64,000 bases of DNA, from NCBI GenBank assembly GCA_903836515.1, contig CAILQW010000038.1, forward strand, positions 8,942 to 72,941, given 5' to 3'. Position 1 is the first letter of the stretch, and each line of letters opens with the position of its first letter. Below are positions 57,079-64,000 of this stretch, in pieces. The stretch comes from Candidatus Omnitrophota bacterium (lineage in GTDB: Bacteria; Omnitrophota; Gorgyraeia; Zapsychrales; Fredricksoniimonadaceae). The position numbers and the translations under genes are program-made. The notes below the pieces were generated by a model. That model made no database searches. It was not told the origin of the DNA and saw only the letters and a list, made by a program, of their open reading frames with translations.

Positions 57079-57950
57079 CAGGCCTGAAGCCTTTGACGGT
57101 TTATTCCTATGCCAAGTTGAATTTACGGCTCGAGGTTATCGGGCGGCGGCCGGATGGGTTTCATGCGCTGGTGACGCTCTTCGAGCGCATTGACCTTCAC
57201 GACGACATCCTGTTCACGCCCGCACCCCGCGGCGAGATTTCTTTGACCTGCGACGACAAGCGGGTTCCCTGCGACGGGCGCAACCTGGTCCTCAAGGCGG
57301 CGGCCCTTCTGCGTGAAGGCGAAAAGGCGGTACTGGGGGCGCGCATCCATATTGTTAAACGCATCCCGGTGGCCGCGGGCCTTGCCGGCGGATCAAGCAA
57401 TGCGGCGGCGGCTATTGCCGGACTTGATCGCTTGTGGGGGCTCGGGCTTTCACGCGCCCGTCAACTCGATTATGCCCGCCAGATCGGCAGTGATGTGGCG
57501 TTTTTTTTGTATGACACGCCTTTTGCGCTGGGCACGGGCCGCGGGGATATCATCCAGCCCCTGCCCTTTAAGGCCAGGCTCTGGCATGCGCTGGTGGTGC
57601 CCCGGGCGCCGGTCTTAACCAAGGATGTTTACGGGGCGTTGGGGAAAAATCGGGCGCGTTTGACAAAGCCCGACGGGGATGTTAGCATGATGCTTCGTTC
57701 TTTAAAGGCGCAGGACCCCGCGGGGGTGGGCGCCGGGCTTTTCAATGACCTTGAAAGGCCCATCCTGGTTCTCAAGCCGCATCTGGCCAGGCTCAAGGCA
57801 CGCATGGCCCGTCAGGAAAGCCTGGGGGTGTCTTTTTCCGGCAGTGGCCCGACGGTATTTGCGCTGACAGCATCCAGGGGGGGCGCCCTCAGGATCAAGG
57901 ACACATTTGCACGCAGTTATGCCCAGGTGTTCGTGGCGCAGACATATTAA
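57075..57950 (+). CDS. ispE: 4-diphosphocytidyl-2-C-methyl-D-erythritol kinase
   Basis: GHMP kinase motif PVAAGLAGGSSNAAA. Confidence 0.85.
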   Translation: MTGLKPLTVYSYAKLNLRLEVIGRRPDGFHALVTLFERIDLHDDILFTPAPRGEISLTCDDKRVPCDGRNLVLKAAALLREGEKAVLGARIHIVKRIPVAAGLAGGSSNAAAAIAGLDRLWGLGLSRARQLDYARQIGSDVAFFLYDTPFALGTGRGDIIQPLPFKARLWHALVVPRAPVLTKDVYGALGKNRARLTKPDGDVSMMLRSLKAQDPAGVGAGLFNDLERPILVLKPHLARLKARMARQESLGVSFSGSGPTVFALTASRGGALRIKDTFARSYAQVFVAQTY

Positions 57951-57962
57951 GCAAGACATTAT

Positions 57963-58036
57963 TGCCCGGTAGTGTAATGGTAACACATCAGATTTTGGTT
58001 CTGAGTTTCTAGGTTCGAATCCTAGCCGGGCAGCCA
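57963..58036 (+). tRNA. tRNA-Gln (anticodon TTG), CCA-encoded
   Basis: Cloverleaf: 7-bp acceptor TGCCCGG/CCGGGCA, D-stem GTGT/ACAC, anticodon stem TCAGA/TCTGA with loop TTTTGGT, T-arm CTAGG-TTCGAAT-CCTAG, discriminator G, CCA. Confidence 0.85.
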
Positions 58037-59680
58037 ATTGTGACAATCAGTCGAACCATGTTCGATCTGAGCCAACGCTCCATCTTGACCTCGCGTCAGG
58101 GTGGGGCGTTTGTCATTATGGGGCATTGTTTTTGGGTCAAGGGCAGGCAGGGGGTCTTCGATCGGTTCACCGATGAACATGTTGATGGCGATTTTGTCCT
58201 CATAGATGTAAACGTCCTTGATCATGGCTCGCAATAGGCTCTTTTGGGCGGAGGGCTTGATCTTGTCCAGATAGCGCATGGCCGCGCAGATGTTCTTGTG
58301 CAAGAACTCGCCAGAATGGGCGTTTACTTCGGCGATCCGTTTTTGGGCGATCAATTTGGTCAGTTCGTCATCAAGCTTGGTTATTTCGGCTTCTATGGCG
58401 GTCATTTTGGTCTTTAGGGTCGATCCTTGGGAGACAGTGCCGTTCATGGCCAGTTCCAGCAGTTTCGCGGCTTCGTGCCGCAGGGCGTAGAGGAGGGTTT
58501 CTTTTTCTTTGGTGGTTTTGTCCAGCTGATCCAGCTTGATGCGGGATTCGACAATGGCGCTCCCGATGGCGCTGGTGACGATGTCCTGATCTTTGGATGC
58601 TTGGCGCAGGTAGTTGATGATGGCGCGTTCAAACGCTGTAGCAGAGAGGCGGTGTTGTGCGCACCCGAGCTTCTGCCGCGCCCGTGAGCATTCGTAGTAA
58701 AAGAATTTCTTGTTATTCCGGCCGCCTGCATGAGAGGCGACCATATGGCTTCCGCATAATCCGCATTTGACCATCCCCGCCAGCATGTATTCAAAATTCC
58801 TGATTTTCTTAATGAATTTGTGTCCCGGCATTTTTCCTGTCAGAAACATATTGGCCCTTTCCCATAGTTTTTCATCCACGATCGGATCGTGGGTTCCTTT
58901 GTGAAGTTCCCCGCTGTAGTGCATGTACCCTTTGTAAAACGGATTCTTGATGATCATCGACAGGGTTTGCCTACGCCAATTTTTACCGGTGGCGGAGGGA
59001 ATGCCCCGTTTTTGAAGCTCAAGACCGATTTCGGTGAGGGATTTGTTATCAGCGGCCAGTTCCCAGGCAGATATAAGATCCGGCGCAACTTTTTCATCTA
59101 CAAGGATTTTGTGTTTTTGATGACCGTTGGGCAGAGGTGCGCCATCGTTTTCAAGTTTATATCCGTATGGCAGTCTGCCGCCAACCCAGCGGCCTTGTTT
59201 CACGCGGGCGATGCAGGAAGCTTTTACGCGTTCACCGGTCAGTTCGCGTTCAAAAGCGGATAGAAGCCCAAGGATGCCGATGACCACGCGGCCGATCGCG
59301 GTGGAGCTGTCGAGATTTTCACGGACAGAAACAAAGCCAATGTCATTTGCACGGAACAGATCGATCAGGGCATAGAGGTCGCGGGGGTTGCGTGTCAGGC
59401 GATCCAGTCTGAAAAAAACGACGCCATCAAAAGATTTCTTGTTTTGGATGTCTTTGAGGATGGTCTGTATGCCGGGGCGGTTGAGGTCTTTGCCGGAATA
59501 GCCGTCATCGGCGATGATCCCTTTCTTCCCGATGTCAGCCAGTTCATAGCCGAAGGCATCGAGCATGTTCTTGCAGTGGAATGCTTGCGCGTCAAGCGTT
59601 GTGAAATCGCCCTGTGCCTGTTCATCGGTCGAACAGCGCGTGTAGATTACGAATCGTTTTTGTTCTGTCGGTTTCTGCAT
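58022..59680 (-). CDS. Large serine recombinase (resolvase catalytic domain + recombinase domain + zinc ribbon + coiled coil)
   Basis: FVIYTRCSTDEQ catalytic Ser motif. The CGLCG...YYEC zinc ribbon. Start at M63 of ORF 58022..59866 (AGGGGGTG RBS). The 3' end overlaps tRNA-Gln by 15 nt. Confidence 0.85.
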   Translation of the reverse strand: MQKPTEQKRFVIYTRCSTDEQAQGDFTTLDAQAFHCKNMLDAFGYELADIGKKGIIADDGYSGKDLNRPGIQTILKDIQNKKSFDGVVFFRLDRLTRNPRDLYALIDLFRANDIGFVSVRENLDSSTAIGRVVIGILGLLSAFERELTGERVKASCIARVKQGRWVGGRLPYGYKLENDGAPLPNGHQKHKILVDEKVAPDLISAWELAADNKSLTEIGLELQKRGIPSATGKNWRRQTLSMIIKNPFYKGYMHYSGELHKGTHDPIVDEKLWERANMFLTGKMPGHKFIKKIRNFEYMLAGMVKCGLCGSHMVASHAGGRNNKKFFYYECSRARQKLGCAQHRLSATAFERAIINYLRQASKDQDIVTSAIGSAIVESRIKLDQLDKTTKEKETLLYALRHEAAKLLELAMNGTVSQGSTLKTKMTAIEAEITKLDDELTKLIAQKRIAEVNAHSGEFLHKNICAAMRYLDKIKPSAQKSLLRAMIKDVYIYEDKIAINMFIGEPIEDPLPALDPKTMPHNDKRPTLTRGQDGALAQIEHGSTDCHNWLPG

Positions 59681-59768
59681 CGCAACACCCCTATAACACC
59701 CCCTCGGACAAGTCAAGCTCAAACACCCTCGGGTATATACGGAGTTTTTCTTCATTTTGTGGCAGGTC

Positions 59769-59803
59769 GCCTGCAACATTTTCTGCTTTCTTGCCGTATG
59801 TAC
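59769..59803 (+). promoter_or_regulatory. ECF-type promoter-like motif GCCTGCAACATTTT-N11-CCGTATGTAC upstream of ORF 59819 and the sigma gene
   Basis: AAC-N17-CGT architecture. Near-identical copy at 60681..60715. Confidence 0.4.
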
Positions 59804-59818
59804 CTGTTGGAGGTGGGT

Positions 59819-60034
59819 ATGAGCAAAACATTTGATGAACGTTTTGGGAACAGGATCGAGCTTCATCTTGCCAAGGATCCGTTACGGCCAAGTGAGCAGG
59901 AACATTTGAGCGCACGCATCCGGGCGGCCTTGGTTGAGGTTTACACCGATCTGCTGGGCCGGGAGCCAACCGAGGCGGAGATTCTTGGCCATGAGGATAT
60001 CGACGAGAAAATAAAGCGAAGAATCCTCCGTTGA
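59819..60034 (+). CDS. 71-aa hypothetical phage protein (DUF4214-like LLGRExxxxE motif)
   Basis: GGAGGTGGG RBS. Embedded in the longer ORF 59444..60034, whose 5' part is antisense to the recombinase. Confidence 0.35.
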   Translation: MSKTFDERFGNRIELHLAKDPLRPSEQEHLSARIRAALVEVYTDLLGREPTEAEILGHEDIDEKIKRRILR

Positions 60035-60123
60035 CCCTCCGTTATGGAGTGGGGTTTCGAAACGGTCTAACATTATTTTTAGGGGTTCATTGAGTCACTT
60101 CAAACCGAAAGGGGGAGTGTCTC

Positions 60124-60681
60124 ATGAATCACCAATATCGCGGGTTGTTTAAGGATCGGGAAGTCGGAATTGCTCTCAACATCATCAGGCAGTTCAGGAA
60201 CCAGTGGCAGTGTTTAAGGAATGAAGATGATGAGGATTTGTTGCAGGAATGCCTGACGCAATGGTTTTACGCCAGAGATAAATATGATCCGGCAGGCGGG
60301 GCGTCACCCAGTACGTTCATGGCCCGGGTCGTGAAGCATAAGTTGATGGACATTGTCCGGGAACGAGAAAGCGAGAAACGCAAGGTTTCTCATCACAGCG
60401 TTTCTTTGGATGCGCCGATCAATAAAGAGGAAGGATCTGATTCCTTCGCAGATATTCTGCCTGATCCAGCCGATTTCAGAAACGAGACAGAATTCAAGAT
60501 CGATCTTACCCAGGCATTTTCAAAACTCACCACAAAACAACGCAGGCTTTGTGAGCTTCTTCTTGATGGCCATACCGGCATGAATGAGCTGGCGGAGCTT
60601 TTAAGTGTTGAGCGAACCACGGTTTATCGCGAGATCGGGCGTGTCCGGGAAACTTTTCAAAATGAAAAATTATTGAAATAG
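60124..60681 (+). CDS. ECF-like sigma-70 family RNA polymerase sigma factor (phage-encoded)
   Basis: Region 2-like segment and a clear region 4 HTH (LSVERTTVYREIGRVRETF). Confidence 0.75.
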   Translation: MNHQYRGLFKDREVGIALNIIRQFRNQWQCLRNEDDEDLLQECLTQWFYARDKYDPAGGASPSTFMARVVKHKLMDIVRERESEKRKVSHHSVSLDAPINKEEGSDSFADILPDPADFRNETEFKIDLTQAFSKLTTKQRRLCELLLDGHTGMNELAELLSVERTTVYREIGRVRETFQNEKLLK

Positions 60682-60715
60682 CCTGCAACATTTTTGCAGG
60701 GAAGCCCGTATGTAC
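60681..60715 (+). promoter_or_regulatory. Second copy of the ECF-type promoter motif GCCTGCAACATTTT-N10-CCGTATGTAC. It also contains the palindrome CCTGCAA-cattt-TTGCAGG abutting the sigma gene stop.
   Basis: Identical 14-mer and 10-mer to 59769..59803, located 20 nt upstream of the AGGAGG RBS of ORF 60735. Confidence 0.4.
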
Positions 60716-60734
60716 GTCATAGGAGGATCAAGCG

Positions 60735-61010
60735 ATGGCAAAAATCTATCGGTTTACATTCAAGAAGAAGGTCAAGCGGGAGTTCATCGAGCTGTGTGTG
60801 GCGATCGCGGTTATTGCGGTTGAGAGCCTTTTCGGGATGCCCAAGGTCAGGTTGAGCGCGAGCTATGCGGCTTTTGAGAGCCGGATTGTTATTGAGGTTG
60901 TGGGCAAAGTTGGGGCGTATGTCTTGGAGGTCTTTATGGGGCTGATGAACAGGTTTGTGGGTGAGCGTAACTACAAGGTGGAAGAGGTAAAGAAAAATGA
61001 AAGTCGATAA
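60735..61010 (+). CDS. 91-aa hypothetical phage protein
   Basis: AGGAGG RBS. No recognisable domain. Confidence 0.35.
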   Translation: MAKIYRFTFKKKVKREFIELCVAIAVIAVESLFGMPKVRLSASYAAFESRIVIEVVGKVGAYVLEVFMGLMNRFVGERNYKVEEVKKNESR

Positions 61011-61105
61011 GGAACTCATGTCGATTTACAGGCGGTTGAGCTGGTACAACCGGCGCAAGTTGGTTGAGGCCAACCGTCCATGTGGAAAACAGAAAAGGAA
61101 TCGCG

Positions 61106-62527
61106 ATGGAAAGTCTGTTTAATCACCAGAAAGAGGCGGTTGAGTTCGCGGTCAGGAATAACGGCTCTTGTGCGCTGTTCCATGAACCCGGATTAGGGAA
61201 AACCCGCACATGTCTTGAGACCTTTAAGCGGCTTCGTCAGGTCAATCCGAAATTGCGGTTGTTGGTGGTATGTCCTTTGTCGTTGGTCAATTCGGCGTGG
61301 GGCGAGGACATTCGCAGGTTCACGGACTTCACCAGTATGCCTCTAAAGGCGATTAAAGCTGAGATCCCGGACATTGTGATCGTTAATTACGAAGCACTCA
61401 TATCAAAAAAGTATCTGCCAAAGGTCATGAGCATCATTTTTGGCAATCCGTTCATGTGCGTATTAGATGAAAGTTCCCGGCTTAAAAACAACAAGAGCAT
61501 TACCACAAAGACGCTTCTGGAGATGACCAATTATTTTCGCTACCGGGTGATCGCATCAGGCACCCCCATGCCGAATAGTGAAGCGGAGTTGTGGGGCCAG
61601 ATCAGATTTATTAACCCGGATCTCTTACACAAATCCTTTTACGGTTTCCGCAATACCTTCTTCCATCTCGAACGCTATGGCGAGCGGATGTCGCTTGCCG
61701 GTCAGTACATGAGCCGTCATGAGATGCGCGAAATTCTCAGTCAGGGATGGAAGTACACGATAACGCCAGAAAACCGCAGGCGGCTGATGGAGACCATACG
61801 ACCGGTCACGCATTGGGTAAAGAAGCAGGAGGCGTTGGATTTGCCCGAGAAGGTGGATGAGGTTCGGGAGATCGAGCTAAGTGCCAAAGAGGATCGTGCC
61901 TATGAGGAGATGCGTGATTATCTGATCACAGAGATTGAAGGGCAAGAGATCACCGCCCAGATCGCACTTACCAAGCTGATGAAATTACGCCAAGCCACAT
62001 CGGGGTTCTTTTATTCAGAGACAGGCGAGGTTGTTGAGATCGATCGGCCTTCCAAACTTAAAGAGCTTGAGGAGATCCTTGAGGAATTGGGGCAACAGCC
62101 GGTCATCATCTGGGTTCAGTTCCATCAGGAGGTTCATGTCATCGAAAAGATGATCGCGGCTAAATACGGAAGCGATCAGGTTGCGACGCTCTATTCAGAA
62201 ACCAAAGACAGGGACGATTCAATCAATCGCTTCAAGAACGGCGCGGTCAGGTATTTGATAGCCCATCCAAAGTCAGCGGCGCATGGCTTAACATTCGTGA
62301 ACTGTAAGACGATGGTCTTTTATAGCCTCGATTATTCCTATGAGGCTCATGCCCAAGCGCGGGATCGCATTCACCGCATCGGTCAAAAGAATAGTTGCCT
62401 TTATATCTACATCGTTGCTCGGGACACGATCGACGGGGAATTGATGAAAGTTTTGCAGAGAAAGCAGGGGTTACAGGACACCGTTTATGCACTTGTTAGA
62501 AACAAAACTAAAAAATCAGGTCATTGA
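61106..62527 (+). CDS. SNF2-family (DEAD-like) helicase, phage-type
   Basis: Motif I GLGKT, DEx box LDESSRLKN, and C-terminal helicase motifs. Start M15 of ORF 61064 (AAAAGGAA RBS). Confidence 0.8.
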   Translation: MESLFNHQKEAVEFAVRNNGSCALFHEPGLGKTRTCLETFKRLRQVNPKLRLLVVCPLSLVNSAWGEDIRRFTDFTSMPLKAIKAEIPDIVIVNYEALISKKYLPKVMSIIFGNPFMCVLDESSRLKNNKSITTKTLLEMTNYFRYRVIASGTPMPNSEAELWGQIRFINPDLLHKSFYGFRNTFFHLERYGERMSLAGQYMSRHEMREILSQGWKYTITPENRRRLMETIRPVTHWVKKQEALDLPEKVDEVREIELSAKEDRAYEEMRDYLITEIEGQEITAQIALTKLMKLRQATSGFFYSETGEVVEIDRPSKLKELEEILEELGQQPVIIWVQFHQEVHVIEKMIAAKYGSDQVATLYSETKDRDDSINRFKNGAVRYLIAHPKSAAHGLTFVNCKTMVFYSLDYSYEAHAQARDRIHRIGQKNSCLYIYIVARDTIDGELMKVLQRKQGLQDTVYALVRNKTKKSGH

Positions 62528-62774
62528 GTATCTGAGGCGGGCGTATCCGACGGCGTGGTTTTATAAGTCCGCTGATCGTTTTACTTCAGGCATTCCAGAT
62601 TTGATCTTGTGTGTTGATGGAAAGTTTTTCGCAATCGAATTGAAGGTCGGACGGAATGAGCCGACGCCAATACAAAAGTTTGTCATTAAACGGATCCGGG
62701 CGGCAGGCGGCCGGGTGGCGGTCTGCTGGAGCTTGGACGAGGTTAAGCAATTCATGAAAGGAGGTGCCACATGA
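62487..62774 (+). CDS. VRR-NUC domain nuclease
   Basis: PD-(D/E)xK pattern (GIPDLIL...FAIELK). Classic partner of phage SNF2. Confidence 0.8.
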   Translation: MHLLETKLKNQVIEYLRRAYPTAWFYKSADRFTSGIPDLILCVDGKFFAIELKVGRNEPTPIQKFVIKRIRAAGGRVAVCWSLDEVKQFMKGGAT

Positions 62775-62932
62775 TTTATTGCGTCGGTGAAAAAGTTCTC
62801 ATTTTGGCGAGAGTCGTCCAGAAGATCGAGAACGAAGAAGGCGTCAGCTACGAAGTTGTTGCTGGCGATAACGGCCGTTGTTATCCGTCGTTACGGGTTT
62901 CACAAAACGACATCAAGACAGTTCTGAAATAA
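62771..62932 (+). CDS. 53-aa hypothetical phage protein (below the ORF-track cutoff)
   Basis: ATGA overlap with the VRR-NUC stop. Open frame MIYCVGEKVLILARVVQKIENEEGVSYEVVAGDNGRCYPSLRVSQNDIKTVLK. Confidence 0.3.
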   Translation: MIYCVGEKVLILARVVQKIENEEGVSYEVVAGDNGRCYPSLRVSQNDIKTVLK

Positions 62933-62942
62933 GGAGCGCGTT

Positions 62943-63344
62943 ATGGAAAAAGCAACAGAGAGGGACTTGGTCTTGCAGTTCAAATGCGCCAAGGAAAAGC
63001 GTGATGCCCTTAAAGAGGGGCTGAAGCAGGCGCAGGAGGAATACGAAAAGATCGAGTTCGGTCTAATTGAGTTTCTGGAATCGAATTCTGCTATATCGAC
63101 CGCCAAGTATGAAGGCATCGGGTATGTGCAGATTCAAAAGCCGAGGCTCTATGCCAGTTGTAAAGAGGAAAACCTGCAGGATTTGTTCGATTTCCTTAAA
63201 GATCAACGCCGTGAGGATTTGATCAAGACGACAGTAGCCTCGCAGAGCCTTTCGACCTTTATGAGTGAGCGCATAGAAAGCGGCGAGGAGATTCCAGAGT
63301 GTGTGAGTTATTACCTTAAACCGTCAGTCAGGCTCTATTCATAA
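62943..63344 (+). CDS. 133-aa hypothetical phage protein
   Basis: AAGGAG RBS. No recognisable domain. Confidence 0.4.
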   Translation: MEKATERDLVLQFKCAKEKRDALKEGLKQAQEEYEKIEFGLIEFLESNSAISTAKYEGIGYVQIQKPRLYASCKEENLQDLFDFLKDQRREDLIKTTVASQSLSTFMSERIESGEEIPECVSYYLKPSVRLYS

Positions 63345-63356
63345 AGGAGGCAGGTC

Positions 63357-64000
63357 ATGTCAAACGAAGTCATTGAAAAAGGTCAAACCGCGTTAGTAAC
63401 ACCCACTCAGCCACAAAGAGGTTTTGAGGGAGGGATCGATCGGGAGGATCTGATCATCCCGAGAGCAAAACTCATTCAGGCACTCTCGCCGGAGTTAACC
63501 GAGGGACTTGATGGGATCAAGGTGGGTTCAATTATTAACTCACTGACCAAAGAGGTATTGCCGCAGGAGTTCATCCCGATTTTCACATTTAAGAACTTCA
63601 TCCGGTTTAATCCGCGCAGTAAGGATGACCCGAATTTTAATCCGGATTTTGATCCGGGTGGAGTTATCTGGAAGTCAACGGATCCGCTTGATCACAAGGT
63701 TAAAGATGAGGCGCGATTCGGGCCCAATGGTGAGAAGCCACTGGCGATCACGTTTATTAACTTCTTTTCGTATTTTCCGGGTGTACCGATGCCGATCATC
63801 GTGAGCTTTTCAAAGACCGGCTATAAGACGGGTAAGAACCTGTTGTCGCTGGCCAAGTTTTGCGGCGGGGATATGTTCGCACGCAAATACCGCTTGTTTT
63901 CTCAGATGGAAACAAACGACGTGGCGACGTATTCAGTTTTTAAGGTCAAGCCGATTGGTTCGGTGACACCGGAAGAATACCAGTTGTGTGAACAGTTATG
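63357..64000 (+). CDS. Hypothetical phage protein, 3'-truncated by the window end
   Basis: AGGAGG RBS 6 nt upstream. Open frame to the window edge (MSNEVIEKGQTALVTPTQ...). Confidence 0.4.
   Translation, partial: MSNEVIEKGQTALVTPTQPQRGFEGGIDREDLIIPRAKLIQALSPELTEGLDGIKVGSIINSLTKEVLPQEFIPIFTFKNFIRFNPRSKDDPNFNPDFDPGGVIWKSTDPLDHKVKDEARFGPNGEKPLAITFINFFSYFPGVPMPIIVSFSKTGYKTGKNLLSLAKFCGGDMFARKYRLFSQMETNDVATYSVFKVKPIGSVTPEEYQLCEQL

Larger units (their letters stand above)
58037..64000. mobile_element. Prophage-like integrative element inserted at the tRNA-Gln 3' end (left part only; continues past the window end)
   Basis: Integrase adjacent to and overlapping the tRNA. Lower GC. Phage-type genes (sigma factor, SNF2, VRR-NUC, unknown small ORFs). 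Confidence 0.6.

Noticed and set aside
59681-59866. N-terminal 62-codon extension of the serine recombinase (ORF start at 59866)
   Set aside because: The conserved resolvase domain begins right after M63 (MQKPTEQKRFVIYTRCSTDEQ). That ATG has an AGGGGGTG RBS, and the extension is Cys/His-rich nonsense overlapping the predicted promoter region.
59444-60034. 196-aa ORF spanning the recombinase start region
   Set aside because: Its first ~125 codons are antisense to the serine recombinase N-terminus. Only the 3' 71-codon segment starting at ATG 59819 has an RBS and lies in the intergenic gap, so the short form was annotated instead.
61018-61122. 34-aa ORF (MSIYRRLSWYNRRKLVEANRPCGKQKRNRDGKSV) between ORF60735 and the SNF2 gene
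   Set aside because: It overlaps the SNF2 RBS/start in another frame and lacks its own RBS. It is probably non-coding leader sequence.
1-64000. CRISPR arrays, rRNA genes, additional tRNAs
   Set aside because: No regularly spaced direct repeats or rRNA-like conserved stretches were seen. Coding density leaves no gap >400 bp. Only one cloverleaf (tRNA-Gln) was found.

Overview
This 64-kb window is a densely coded, high-GC (about 60%) stretch of a diderm (Gram-negative-type) bacterial chromosome. About 80 genes are packed tightly, mostly on the + strand, and many are translationally coupled through ATGA or GTGA overlaps.

Both edges are compositionally foreign, with visibly lower GC. At the 5' edge (1..~1330) there is a degenerate IS1634-family (IS4 superfamily) DDE transposase. 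It is cut off by the window start and carries a C-terminal frameshift. At the 3' end a tRNA-Gln(TTG) gene (57963..58036) is directly abutted by a large serine recombinase gene on the minus strand whose 3' end overlaps the tRNA 3' end. This is followed by a prophage-like module: a small ORF, an ECF-like sigma factor, a SNF2 helicase, a VRR-NUC nuclease and unknown ORFs. The module runs past position 64000.

The core in between encodes housekeeping and envelope functions, in order along the window:
- a LemA family protein, a YkgJ-type Cys-cluster protein, and a cytoplasmic PAS sensor kinase with a Cys/His cluster;
- a coupled muropeptide-recycling trio (L-Ala-D/L-Glu epimerase, DUF819 membrane protein, SH3-NlpC/P60 peptidase);
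- a DEAD-box helicase, a flavodiiron protein, a DUF4337 protein, and an AbrB-type regulator upstream of a TolC/EmrA/EmrB efflux operon;
- a TamB-like protein, DedA, SulP, an HI0933 flavoprotein, PhoH2 (PIN-PhoH), DUF3108, MipA, thioredoxin, and PanD-Def-LipA;
- an LPG-synthase-like TM protein, an NYN protein, a MlaE-lipoprotein-MlaF-MlaD cluster, MscS, YggT, YbaB, a PC4-like protein and GreA;
- a glycan-modification locus (Gfo/Idh/MocA oxidoreductase, hexapeptide acetyltransferase, GT2, and a divergent polytopic membrane protein);
- two SpoU-class methyltransferases, an HD hydrolase, and a hybrid HK-Hpt-coiled-coil operon;
- DAHP synthase, an aminotransferase, dCMP deaminase, GH5, RluB, ABC-F, Smr, a single-domain REC, RmuC, PgeF, CutA, PpiD-like, HisG, an unannotated 33-aa bS22-like basic ORF, a TPR protein and IspE.

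No CRISPR array, rRNA, or obvious riboswitch was seen. The most distinctive sequence-level observation is a duplicated ECF-type promoter motif (GCCTGCAACATTTT-N9/10-CCGTATGTAC) in front of two prophage transcription units next to the prophage-encoded sigma factor.

All functional calls rest on motif and family recognition by eye, with no database search. Refined start codons were obtained by counting residues from the ORF-track start.
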